The position numbers and the translations under genes are program-made. DNA of 64,000 nucleotides from Candidatus Latescibacterota bacterium (GTDB lineage Bacteria > Latescibacterota > UBA2968 > UBA8231), in contig OZ241362.1 in assembly GCA_965200315.1 (NCBI GenBank), positions 3,360,001 to 3,424,000 of the forward strand, in the 5' to 3' direction. Numbering within the stretch: position 1 is the stretch's first letter; each line of letters begins with the position of its first letter. The notes beneath the pieces are model-generated. The model did no database searches, had not been told where the DNA came from, and saw only the letters and a list, made by a program, of their open reading frames with translations. This document shows positions 42,002 to 51,761 of the stretch, one piece after another.

Positions 42002-45000
42002 ATGCAGTTCATAATCGACGTGCATCTGCACTCGCGTTTTGCGCGAGCGACGAGCCGCGACCTCAACCCTTCCAACTTGCACAAGTGGTCGGCGCTCAAG
42101 GGCGTTGACGTAGTTGGAACGGGCGACTACACGCATCCCGAGTGGTTCGCCGAACTATCTGAGCAACTCGAACCAGCCGAAGAGGGGCTGTACCAGCTCG
42201 AAACCAGTCGCTGCGCCGCCGTGGAACAAGAGCTGCCCGAACGCTGCCGCCGCGCCGTGCGCTTCATGCTTTCGGTAGAAATCAGCACCATCTACAAGAA
42301 GGGCGACAAAACCCGCAAGGTCCACCACGTCGTCATCCTGCCCACCCTCGAATCCGCGGATCGACTCAACCGTCGCCTCGGTGCCATTGGCAACTTGCAC
42401 TCCGACGGCCGGCCCATCTTGGGGCTGGACAGCCGCGACCTTTTAGAGATTTGTCTCGAAGCCGACGAGAATGTGCTCTTCATCCCGGCCCATATATGGA
42501 CGCCGCACTTCGCCGCGTTGGGTGCCTCGTCGGGCTTTGACTCTCTGGAGGAATGCTACGAGGATTTGCTGCCGCACATCTTCGCAGTAGAGACCGGCCT
42601 ATCCTCGGACCCGCCGATGAACTGGCGGCTGTCGGCCCTCGATCGCTATGCGATTATATCCAATTCCGACGCCCATTCCCCGCAAAAGCTGGCCCGCGAG
42701 GCCACGTGTTTTGACACGGAGTGCTCGTATCCGGGCATCTATTCTGCGCTCAAAGATCGCGACCCAGCGCGCTTTTTGGGCACCTTGGAGTTCTATCCCG
42801 AAGAAGGCAAGTATCACTACGACGGCCACCGCAAGTGCGCGGTGTGCTACAAGCCAGCGCAAACACTGGCCGCCGAGGGAATCTGTCCGGTGTGCGGACG
42901 CAAGCTGACGGTGGGGGTTTTACACCGGGTGGAAAAGCTAGCCGACCGCCCGGAGGGATTTCGCCCGGAGGTGGCCCCGCCCTACGAGTACCTGATCCCA
43001 CTCGACGAAGTGATCGGCGCGGCGGTTGGCGTTGGCCCGAAGTCCAAGAAAGTCCGCGCTGTGTACGATCAACTCTTGGCCGAGAGCGGCCCGGAACTCG
43101 AAGTATTGCGCCGCGCTGGACTTGAAGCGATTGAAAGCTGCGCCGGGCCGTTGGTGGCCGAGAGCGTGCGCCGGATGCGCTGCGGCGAGGTGGACATCTA
43201 CCCGGGCCACGATGGGGAGTACGGCGTAATCAGCGTGTTTAGCGAGGAGGAGCGGGCACGCTTGAAAGGGCAAGGTGCGCTGTTCGACTTGGGACCGGCG
43301 ATCGCGAAGACGGCTGAGGAAGTCCACGTTCCAGCGGTACAGTCGTCAAGGCCCGCTAGCACCACACAAGCGGAGCGGGATGTGGACTCGCCCGACGCCG
43401 CACAGCAGCAAGTCGAAGAGGCCGAAGGAGGGCCTTTAGTGGTCGTGGCCGGACCGGGGTCGGGTAAGACCCGGGTGCTGACGCGGCGCATTGCGCGGCT
43501 GGTCGCAAGCGGCGTGGACCCGGGGCAGATCATGGCCATTACCTTCACCCGGCGGGCGGCTGGACAGATGCGGCAGCGGCTGAGCGCATTGTTGGACGGT
43601 GGGCTGGGCGCGATGCAGGTGGGGACCTTCCACCGCTTGGCGTTGTCGCTCTTGCGGGAGTTGGGCTGCGAGCCAAAGCTAGTGCTCGACGAGGTGGAAG
43701 CGCGCCGGTTGCTGGAAGGGGCGCTGGTAGATGCCGGTTTGTCGGGGTCAGTTACCGCCGCCAGCCAAGCCATCTCGCTGGCCAAGGCCGCCGCGCGAGG
43801 GCCGGATGAAATCGCCGAGGAGTGGCGGCCGCATTACGATGCCTATCAGGCGGCCCTACGGGCGTCTGGGGCCTGCGACTACGACGACATTCTCTTGGAT
43901 TTGCTGCGCCTCTTAGAAGCGGATGCAGCCGTGCGGGAACAGGTGCGAGCGCGTTTCCCCTATCTACTGATAGACGAGTTCCAAGACCTCAACGCCGCGC
44001 AGTATAGGTTGGTCCTGCAGTTGGCGGGTGCGGGCGCGGGCCTGATGGCCATCGGCGACCCTGATCAAGCGATCTACAGCTTTCGCGGCGCTTCGCCCGA
44101 CCATTTCGTTCACTTGCGCGAGCTTTTCTCGGATACGCTACTCTTTCATCTAGGCGCGAATTACCGCTCTCAGGCGCATATTGTCGAGGCCGCCACTGCC
44201 GTCGTCGGCCACAATCCGGAGCGCGAGGCCATTGAACTCGCAGCCATGCGTCCGGGTAAGGAAAGAATCCGCCTAATCGAGGTGCAGAGCGAGACGGCCG
44301 AGGGCATTGCGGTGGTGCGGGAGATTGCCCGCATGGTCGGTGGCACCGATATGGTGCAGACCGATGCCGGCTCAGAAGGCACGCGCAGTTTCGCCGACTT
44401 TGCCGTGCTCTTCCGCACTGGCCGACAGGGCCAAGTGCTGGAGGAGTGCTTCCGCAAGGAGGGCCTGCCCTACCGGCTCGTCGGCCAGAAGGGCTTTCTG
44501 CAAGCACCGGCTGTGCGGGCCGCGTTGGCGTTTGCCCGCTACACCTCAATCTCGCAAGAGGATGTGCGCCGCTGGCAGGCACTAGAGGCGATGGGCGCGG
44601 AGCCGCACATTTTGCGCCAAGTGCGGCGAGGGGAGCTGTCGGCGTCGGCGCAGGCCTGGGTCGAGGCGCTAGAGGCGCGGATAGCAGAGTACAGGCAATG
44701 GGCTGCTCAGGAGGGGGCGGGTGCTTGGGTGCGCCGCTGGCAGGCTGAGTTCGGCGACCCGGAGGACGAGGACTTGGAGCACTTGGCCCGAGTAGCGGAT
44801 GCGGCCGAAACGCTAGCGCAGCTACTGGAGACCGTGCTCTTAGGCGCGGAGGCCGACTACGAGGAGCGGGGCGGCCCTCAAGGCCCGGAGGCCGTCGCGC
44901 TGATGACCTTGCACGCGGCCAAGGGCTTGGAATTTCCAGTGGTATTTATCTGCGGGGTGGAGGACGGACTTATCCCCTTCCGCGAGCGAGACGCCGACCT

Positions 45001-45208
45001 CGCCGAGGAGCGGCGGCTCTTTTATGTGGGTATGACGCGAGCCGAGGAGGAGTTGGTGTTGCTGCGGGCGTGCAGCCGCCAGCGCTATGGCGAGCGGGTG
45101 CAGTGTGCGCTATCGCCGTTTGTAGAAGAGATCCCCGCTCGGTTGCTCGTGCGCGAGGATGTGGCCATGCCGCGTCGGCGCGGGGCTGAGCAGCTATCGC
45201 TTTTTTAG
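42002..45208 (+). CDS. Endonuclease Q (PHP domain) fused to UvrD/PcrA helicase
   Basis: DVHLHSRF, GTGD.THP, PAHIWTP, ETGLSSD, NSDAHS, EGKYH.DGHRKC..C/CPVC Zn finger; then GPGSGKT, DEFQD, GDPDQAIYSFRG, TLHAAKGLEF, EERRLFYVGMTRA. Confidence 0.92.
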   Translation: MQFIIDVHLHSRFARATSRDLNPSNLHKWSALKGVDVVGTGDYTHPEWFAELSEQLEPAEEGLYQLETSRCAAVEQELPERCRRAVRFMLSVEISTIYKKGDKTRKVHHVVILPTLESADRLNRRLGAIGNLHSDGRPILGLDSRDLLEICLEADENVLFIPAHIWTPHFAALGASSGFDSLEECYEDLLPHIFAVETGLSSDPPMNWRLSALDRYAIISNSDAHSPQKLAREATCFDTECSYPGIYSALKDRDPARFLGTLEFYPEEGKYHYDGHRKCAVCYKPAQTLAAEGICPVCGRKLTVGVLHRVEKLADRPEGFRPEVAPPYEYLIPLDEVIGAAVGVGPKSKKVRAVYDQLLAESGPELEVLRRAGLEAIESCAGPLVAESVRRMRCGEVDIYPGHDGEYGVISVFSEEERARLKGQGALFDLGPAIAKTAEEVHVPAVQSSRPASTTQAERDVDSPDAAQQQVEEAEGGPLVVVAGPGSGKTRVLTRRIARLVASGVDPGQIMAITFTRRAAGQMRQRLSALLDGGLGAMQVGTFHRLALSLLRELGCEPKLVLDEVEARRLLEGALVDAGLSGSVTAASQAISLAKAAARGPDEIAEEWRPHYDAYQAALRASGACDYDDILLDLLRLLEADAAVREQVRARFPYLLIDEFQDLNAAQYRLVLQLAGAGAGLMAIGDPDQAIYSFRGASPDHFVHLRELFSDTLLFHLGANYRSQAHIVEAATAVVGHNPEREAIELAAMRPGKERIRLIEVQSETAEGIAVVREIARMVGGTDMVQTDAGSEGTRSFADFAVLFRTGRQGQVLEECFRKEGLPYRLVGQKGFLQAPAVRAALAFARYTSISQEDVRRWQALEAMGAEPHILRQVRRGELSASAQAWVEALEARIAEYRQWAAQEGAGAWVRRWQAEFGDPEDEDLEHLARVADAAETLAQLLETVLLGAEADYEERGGPQGPEAVALMTLHAAKGLEFPVVFICGVEDGLIPFRERDADLAEERRLFYVGMTRAEEELVLLRACSRQRYGERVQCALSPFVEEIPARLLVREDVAMPRRRGAEQLSLF

Positions 45209-45209
45209 G

Positions 45210-47150
45210 CTACGCTGGTTCTGGATTGAAAAGCCGTGCGATATGCACGGCTTGGAAGAGCGTCGCTGGCTCTAGCTGCGTGCGCAGGGCGCGCTTGCGC
45301 GGCAGGAGCGTGGTTTCGCCGAGCATCGGCGGGCAAATCACCACTTCGACCCGTCCGCTGCCGATGTTGAGATTGCCGCGGGGACATTTGGGCCACAGCG
45401 AGTGCAGGCCGCGAAAAGCTAGCGGCACGATGATCACGTCGGGCGGCAGATAAGCAAAGAGCGCGTGCTGCATGGGCAAGCACTGATGCTCAAAGGCGGC
45501 GGTGGTGCCCTCGCCATAGACGATGCCCGGCCGCTCGGCGAGGAGCTCGGCAAAGCGGCGCGTGGGATTTTTCGCGTCGGCCGAGCGGGTCATAATGACG
45601 TGCCCATCAACGTTCTCCATGATCTGATCGACTTCCTCGGTAGTAAAGCCAATCAGCGAAAAAGAGCGCCCGCCAATACGCAGGGATGCAGGTTCGGTGA
45701 GGCGAGCGCGGGCGAGGCTCACCGGCGTGGGGAGTTCGCGCCAGCCCATCAGTTCGAGGAAGCGGGGGTCGTGGATCAGGGTACTCATTACCGGATGATC
45801 GAAGAGGCTGCGGTGCGTGGGCAGGAAAAGGACCTTCTCCTGTTTGTTGGCTAAATCGAGGTCGCGGGCGGTAGCGGCGAAGAGCGGGTCGGCGCTTACG
45901 GTCAATTCAATGCCGAAAATGTCCAGCGATTTTCTTCCCCATTCGCTGCTTTGGGCGCTGGCGGCTTTGAGGCGCTCCGTTTCTGGGAGTTGAGCCGCTA
46001 GCAGGCTCATTTTTTTCTTTCCGGTGCGGTAGTAGAGGAAAGCCCACTGAAAGAGACGCGCCCGCCGGCTCCATGGGCCGAGGCTCTGGCGTCGCCCGAC
46101 GTGCTGGTATTCGAGAAAGCGGCCCTTGGCCTTGCCGTCGAGCAGTGGGGGCAGGACCACCAAATCAACTTCCCCGCGCACCCGGCCCGCTAGCCGGTTG
46201 ACGTAGCCGACTAAGCGGCGCGTCAGGTCGATCATGTCGCGGGTCAGGTAGCTGTACTCTTGGCCGTACCAAAATTCCTTCGGCTTGATTTGGGCGGGGT
46301 CTTCGGAGTGGGCTTGGAGGAACTTGAGTAGCATGCCCTTACCGAGCAGGACCAACTTGCACAGCTTTTGGTGCCATTGGGTGCGCACCCGTCCCTCAAT
46401 GCGGGCCAAGAGCACGTCGGCGTCCGTGATGGCCTTCCACACCGAGATGCCGAGATAGATGAAGTTGCTATAGGTGTTGAAGCGGATGGCGAAGTGCTCG
46501 CCAGCGGCGAGATAATCGACGACGCGCTCGGCCACCTCGCTGAGCAGGTCGCCGAGCGTCCCGGCGTGGCGCACTCCGTCGATTTCGCAGGCGTAGTGCT
46601 CGGCCAAGCGCGGATCGTCGGTCAAGTCAGTCGCGGGCTCTTTTTGCGCCGTACCGGCTTGCAGCTTCTCGGCGACCGCGTGGGCGTGGGACAGGGGCAC
46701 GCGGGCGACCCGCAGCTTGACGAGGGCGGCTTCGCCTTCGTCGAGGGTGTAGGGGTTGTCGCGGCCTAGGGCGTGTAGATAGACCGATTGGTAGAGCGCG
46801 TGGAAATCGAGCGCATCGCCGCGCCCGCGTTCGACAAAGAGCCGACGAGTTGCCAAGTAGAGGCGGTTCGCTTGGTGGTAGGCCGGGCCGACGCGCTCGT
46901 AGCGGTCATAAGCCTCGTACAGGCGCTGGTCGCGGAGCGGGGGGATGCCCTCGTGAATGGTGCCGATCAGTTCGGCGCGTCGCGTGAGCGCGTCGAGGTC
47001 GCTGCCCACCGGCCAGGTGATTTCGCTTGGGTCGCAGTCGGCGAAATGGCCGTCGCTGATGGCGACTTGCATCAGCTCTTCAGCCGCCTCGTCGTAGAGG
47101 CGCAGCATTTCGTCTAGATCCATGTCGCTCAGCAGTTTGTCTAGGTCCAT
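45210..47150 (-). CDS. Hypothetical protein with C-terminal PlsC-like acyltransferase domain
   Basis: PTHRSLFD (HX4D), VYGEGT, IIVPLAFRG; ~400-aa helical N-terminus not recognised. Confidence 0.65.
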   Translation of the reverse strand: MDLDKLLSDMDLDEMLRLYDEAAEELMQVAISDGHFADCDPSEITWPVGSDLDALTRRAELIGTIHEGIPPLRDQRLYEAYDRYERVGPAYHQANRLYLATRRLFVERGRGDALDFHALYQSVYLHALGRDNPYTLDEGEAALVKLRVARVPLSHAHAVAEKLQAGTAQKEPATDLTDDPRLAEHYACEIDGVRHAGTLGDLLSEVAERVVDYLAAGEHFAIRFNTYSNFIYLGISVWKAITDADVLLARIEGRVRTQWHQKLCKLVLLGKGMLLKFLQAHSEDPAQIKPKEFWYGQEYSYLTRDMIDLTRRLVGYVNRLAGRVRGEVDLVVLPPLLDGKAKGRFLEYQHVGRRQSLGPWSRRARLFQWAFLYYRTGKKKMSLLAAQLPETERLKAASAQSSEWGRKSLDIFGIELTVSADPLFAATARDLDLANKQEKVLFLPTHRSLFDHPVMSTLIHDPRFLELMGWRELPTPVSLARARLTEPASLRIGGRSFSLIGFTTEEVDQIMENVDGHVIMTRSADAKNPTRRFAELLAERPGIVYGEGTTAAFEHQCLPMQHALFAYLPPDVIIVPLAFRGLHSLWPKCPRGNLNIGSGRVEVVICPPMLGETTLLPRKRALRTQLEPATLFQAVHIARLFNPEPA

Positions 47151-47177
47151 GTTGCCCCTGTCTTTCGGTATTACAGG

Positions 47178-47415
47178 TTATTCTTCCCAATTAATATGAC
47201 TGTTTATGCCGTGTGTCTCATAAGCCTTGAGAACATCGAAACAAAAATTCGCCAACTCTCGATTGTCTTCTTTTTTTGCCAACTCGTACCAGCGAATGAA
47301 CATTTTCTTTCCCGTTTCTGTCTGGTTGAGAGACTTCTTTATATAGTTGTGCTGGGCGCACAAAGTCAAAATAATCTTTGATCAAGTCTGTGATGGATAT
47401 CTTTTTTTGTTACAT
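47178..47415 (-). pseudogene. Type II restriction endonuclease remnant (HNH-like), internally deleted
   Basis: ATG-TAA-QKKISITDLIKDYF directly after the MTase, then a frame change to TLCAQHNYIKK...GINSHINWEE; AT-rich like the MTase. Confidence 0.6.
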
Positions 47416-47417
47416 GA

Positions 47418-48224
47418 TTATAGGAAATTCCTCTGGTTTATGTTGGCTTCGCTTAACAGGCGATTGATAGCGATGTCACAGTAGCCTTTATCTATTTCTA
47501 CGCCATTCCCTTTCCGGTTATTTTTGTACGCGGCAATTAGGGTTGAGCCGCTGCCCATAAATGGGTCGAGAACGGTGTCGCCAACAAAGCTGAAAAGCTT
47601 TATGCACCTACGTGGCAGTTCTAGTGGAAAAGGGGCTGGGTGGCCGCCCGCTCCTTTTTTGCTTTGTCCCGAAAAAGTCCACATCCCATTCGTCCATTCC
47701 ATGAACTCTTGTTTGGTAATATCATTTATTTTGCTGCCACTCATTTTCTTCCAGCGTTTTTTGTACAGAACCACAATGACTTCCACAGGCGCGGTGACGT
47801 AGGGAGCAGAGGCGGATAGCCAGGAGCCCCAAGCTGTGCGCCTCGATATATTCCCCTCGTTCCAAATGATGGTCGACTGGTACAGCCAGCCTACTTTTTT
47901 GGCGATACTAGTAATATCGGCGCAAACGGCCTGTTGTCCCCCTTTGTTTTTGTCCAGAGGAATGTTTAGGCAGAAGCGACCATCGTCTTTTGCCAGTCGG
48001 TAGCATTTCTCCAGCCAGAGCTCTGTGAATTTCAAGTATTCTCGATAGGATGTGTCATCTTGATGCGAGTTGTAACGAATGTCAACGTTATAGGGCGGCG
48101 AGGTCACTATGAGATCGATGGAGGCGTCTGCGATCGCACAGGTGTGCAAGATATCTTCGTTATAAATAAGAACATTTTCAGCCGCAAAATAGGGCTTGCC
48201 AGATGTTTTTAGTACTGCTGTCAT
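47418..48224 (-). CDS. Beta-class amino (N4C/N6A) DNA methyltransferase
   Basis: VTSPPY before HPAPFP and DPFMGSGS; AT-rich. Confidence 0.92.
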   Translation of the reverse strand: MTAVLKTSGKPYFAAENVLIYNEDILHTCAIADASIDLIVTSPPYNVDIRYNSHQDDTSYREYLKFTELWLEKCYRLAKDDGRFCLNIPLDKNKGGQQAVCADITSIAKKVGWLYQSTIIWNEGNISRRTAWGSWLSASAPYVTAPVEVIVVLYKKRWKKMSGSKINDITKQEFMEWTNGMWTFSGQSKKGAGGHPAPFPLELPRRCIKLFSFVGDTVLDPFMGSGSTLIAAYKNNRKGNGVEIDKGYCDIAINRLLSEANINQRNFL

Positions 48225-48290
48225 TGCAGTTTGTCTCTCCTTTTTTGAAAGACTACGTGAATCAGCGAGGCAACTCTAACACTCCAGTGG

Positions 48291-49175
48291 CTATTCCCCG
48301 CGGTGCGCGACCACGCCGCGAGGATTCTCAAAGGCGTCGATCCACAAGCGGCACCATGCCTCGTAGTCGGTCAGCTCGCTGAGCGGGTTGCGGCGGGAGC
48401 GTGCGACAAAGTCGGGGTGGCCGGTGCGACCGGTGTGCTGGCCGCTGGGCTGGTAGCGCAGGTCGAGCGACCAACGGCATTGGCCGGAGTAATTGGGGGT
48501 GGAGCGATGGGGCGTAAAGCGGCTCATCAGCACCACGTCGCCGCGCTGGCACTCCAAGGGAAAGGGTTCGACTCGGGGCATAGCCTCGGGGGCGATGGTG
48601 GTGCCGCCGGCCGCCAAATGCCGGAGATAACCGGTTTCGACGAGGCCGGGCAAGACCTCCATGCAGCCGGTTTCTACCGTGGCTGCGGCCAAAGGCAACC
48701 AGCAGGTGACGACGTCAGAGCCTTCGGCTTCCGGCATCATCACGCCAGCGTCTTGGTGCCAAGGCGCGTTGTGGAAAGAAGGGCCTTCGCGGTTTTCGTA
48801 CGCTTGCGGCGGCTTGGAACGCAGGTGCTGGATGGGATTGCAGGTCAGTTCGGGACCCAGCAGCGATTCGAGCAGGTCGAGCAGATTTTCGTTGCGGAGG
48901 AATGCGAACATTGCCCGGCCCCGATAGTGCATGATGTCCATGCCGCGCCCGATCTCAGGGCACTGTTTGAACAGCAAGCCGTAGCGCGTGGCAAACGGAG
49001 CGTCCTCGTGCAGGTCTGCGATTTCGCCTTCGTCGTGCAGCGTCCGTGCGCGCTCATCAATCCACGCCGATAGCTCGTCGATGACTGGCTGCAAGTCGCT
49101 GTGAGTGAGTGCCTCGCGGGCGATTATGACGCCGCGAGTGTTGAATTCTGTGATCTGTTCCGGCGCGAGTTTCAT
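48291..49175 (-). CDS. PhyH family dioxygenase
   Basis: PWHQD, TGCMEVLPG, TPHRS.PN....RWSLDLRY. Confidence 0.9.
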   Translation of the reverse strand: MKLAPEQITEFNTRGVIIAREALTHSDLQPVIDELSAWIDERARTLHDEGEIADLHEDAPFATRYGLLFKQCPEIGRGMDIMHYRGRAMFAFLRNENLLDLLESLLGPELTCNPIQHLRSKPPQAYENREGPSFHNAPWHQDAGVMMPEAEGSDVVTCWLPLAAATVETGCMEVLPGLVETGYLRHLAAGGTTIAPEAMPRVEPFPLECQRGDVVLMSRFTPHRSTPNYSGQCRWSLDLRYQPSGQHTGRTGHPDFVARSRRNPLSELTDYEAWCRLWIDAFENPRGVVAHRGE

Positions 49176-49273
49176 CGCGTTTCTCTCCCAATTCGTTGTT
49201 CGGGCAAATTAAAGAAATCCCCGTTGAACTGTAAATTTTTCGGCATCTTCCGCAAAGCACACTCCGACACTTC

Positions 49274-50197
49274 TCAGCCCAAATTCTCGGCGTGTTCTTC
49301 AATGTAGCGCTCGATCTCGGCGGCACTCATCGCACCCGTAAAGGTTCCGCCGGGCGGCATGTAGTAGAACGCCTCGGCGTAGTCCAAGCCATAAGGTGCG
49401 CCGATGCGCTGGTATTCTTGTAGGCCAAAGAGGCGGATGTACTGGCGGTCGGCTTCCTCATCGTCATTGCCCAAGGCGGGCAGGTACTTGCCTTGGCGCG
49501 CTAGTCGTTCCTTGAGGCGGCGGCCGTGGGCACCCGCTGGCCCTTGGGCCTTGTTGGCACTCATGGCGGCGACCTTGGCGTCGAGATAAGGTGCTATATC
49601 GACGACAGTGTTGTAGGGCTGGCCGGGACGGCAGGTCCAGTAGTAAAGGTCTTTGACCGAGTGAGGCTGTAGGCCGCAGGCTAGTTGTTCGGGATAATCC
49701 TTGTTCATGCCGGCCATCCAGCGCGCCGCTTCGACAGCTTGGCCGGTGATGTAGTGATCCGGGTTTTCCTCCCAATGACCCCAAGGGCTAAAAGTGGTGA
49801 TGGTGTCGATTTTGAGGGCGCGAATTAGAAACACCAGCCGCGCCCGCAGCTCGGTGGGGGCGGCTTCGTCGAGGAAGTGATTGCGGTAGCCGAGGTGGAT
49901 GACCTGCTTGAAGCCCAACGCCCCGGCCAGCACTTCGACTTCGCGCTCGTTCTGGAGGATGGTCTCGCCCATCGTGCCCGGCCCGCACTTCTCGTCGTTG
50001 GTGGTCTGGATCAAATAGGCCGTGTAGCCTGCGGCGACCAGCTTGGCGACGAGGCCGGCGCAGAAGAGGGGAATATCGTCGGCATGGGCTTGGACAGCGG
50101 CCAGCACCTTGCCCGATTTGTCCGAGGTGTGCTTTTCGACGGTTACTTGGCCGACGGGGGTGTACCAAGGAATGCGCGGGTCGGGACTAGAGGCCAT
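49274..50197 (-). CDS. PIG-L/LmbE family deacetylase
   Basis: AVQAHADD, TTND, ENPDH, YAEAF. Confidence 0.85.
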   Translation of the reverse strand: MASSPDPRIPWYTPVGQVTVEKHTSDKSGKVLAAVQAHADDIPLFCAGLVAKLVAAGYTAYLIQTTNDEKCGPGTMGETILQNEREVEVLAGALGFKQVIHLGYRNHFLDEAAPTELRARLVFLIRALKIDTITTFSPWGHWEENPDHYITGQAVEAARWMAGMNKDYPEQLACGLQPHSVKDLYYWTCRPGQPYNTVVDIAPYLDAKVAAMSANKAQGPAGAHGRRLKERLARQGKYLPALGNDDEEADRQYIRLFGLQEYQRIGAPYGLDYAEAFYYMPPGGTFTGAMSAAEIERYIEEHAENLG

Positions 50198-51560
50198 GGT
50201 CGTTTCCTTTTTGGAGTGGGACGGCTGTTTCCCCGGACACCGTCGGCTCGGCGGCGATGCGCTCGCGCCAATCGGCCATGGTGCGGCCGTTCATACGCAA
50301 GACGCGGGCAGCAGCTTGGTCGAGAACAGCGCGTACAGGGCACTCGGCCATCTGCGGCCACGGCAACAGCGTTTGCGAGCGCGTCTGCTCAAAGGCATCG
50401 GCGAGCGGCGACACATCAACCTCGTGCCAATCTGGAATGAGCAGGGAACGGAGCGCGGCAAGTGTGTATAGTGGGTAGTCAAGGGCTTTGGCGCGGCAAT
50501 GCAGCAGCGTGAGAATGCCGGGCGTAGAATTCCACCAAGCGCATAACGCCTGCTCAAAGGTGGGATTCGGCACTATGGGCCGCACGGGACACCACGCGGA
50601 ACCGAGCAGAGGTTCGGCCGCATAACATGCCGCGGTGCGTACCGTGTTCGTTCTCAACCGATTGGCGACGAGCAGCCGACTCGCCTTTCCCGTCAGAGAG
50701 CGAGCATAGGTTTCTTTGTTGGGCTTGGGCGTACCGACAACATCCGCTTTAGCGTCCATGCAAACGCAAATGTCGGTCGAATGATCCCAAAGAATGGGCG
50801 CAGTCCACGGCGCATTCGGCGATGGGGTGCGCAGGAAGGCATCGCGGACTCTTCGTCCTTCCGGTTCGATATAGCAAAGTTCGCCCGCCGGCCGGAGCCT
50901 CGTGCCCGCGAGTGCTGCGAGGTCGTAGATCGCATCGGCTAGCGCACCGTCGTAAAACTGCGCCGCACTCCAATCGCCTTCGCGGATGCGCGGCCACGGC
51001 CACGCATGTTCCGTGCCCCAATCGTCGAGCGGCTTGCCTTCGTTGATTAAGTCCGACAGCAAAATGGCTTCGTGAGCGTCTCGCGACATCCGGGCTAGCG
51101 AAATGAACCGCGTTGGCTTGCGCTCTTCACCGGGGCGACGGGCGATCAGCAGGGATTCGTGAATACTCGTGTTCTCCGAGAAGTTGATGCGCCTAGGGTC
51201 GTGGCTGGTGACGATGGTTTCGATTTGGAAACGGTCGGCGAGGAACTTCCGTTCATGTATGCCTGACGCATTAATCAGGGCAGTCGTCGGTGCAACTTTT
51301 GCTAGGATGCCCCGGTCTTGCTTCAACAGTACATCCGCTAGAGGCGAAAAGAACGTGCTGATACTAGTCTGATCAATCGCCCTAAAAGCCAGTTCGTCGC
51401 CGCGTATTTTGACGAATTGGGCCACCTGAATTTCGCGTTCTTGGACCGCCCGGCGGTCGCGGCTATCGTACTGGCGATTGCGGATGTCGTTGCGCGTGAA
51501 CGGCGGATTCATAATGACCAGATCGAACGACCCCACCAGCGAGCCGTTGCGGATGATCCG
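50187..51560 (-). pseudogene. C-terminal remnant of a Type IIG/IIL-like restriction-modification fusion (N6-MTase catalytic motif + TRD)
   Basis: FDLVIMNPPF, NFSENTSI.ESLL, TRD-like 'ALCAWWNSTPG'; SAM-binding motif I and nuclease part missing, no real start. Confidence 0.7.
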
Positions 51561-51632
51561 GACGCAGAGTGGTATGGACAAGCTAAGTACACGACATTTG
51601 GCTTGAGTGGGCATTTTTTGGTATCGCCCTAA

Positions 51633-51680
51633 GAGCGCGGGCGTCTCGCCCGCAGGCGGGCAGGATGCCCGCGCTCCCAG
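51633..51680. repeat. REP-like palindrome
   Basis: GAGCGCGGGCGTCTCGCCCGC-AG-GCGGGCAGGATGCCCGCGCTC near-perfect inverted repeat. Confidence 0.75.
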
Positions 51681-51761
51681 AAAAGACCCTACGGTCGGGT
51701 ACTTAGTGGGCAACACAAGCCGCTCATTGAAGTACAAAGACGCAATGCGCTCGTTCCCAAG

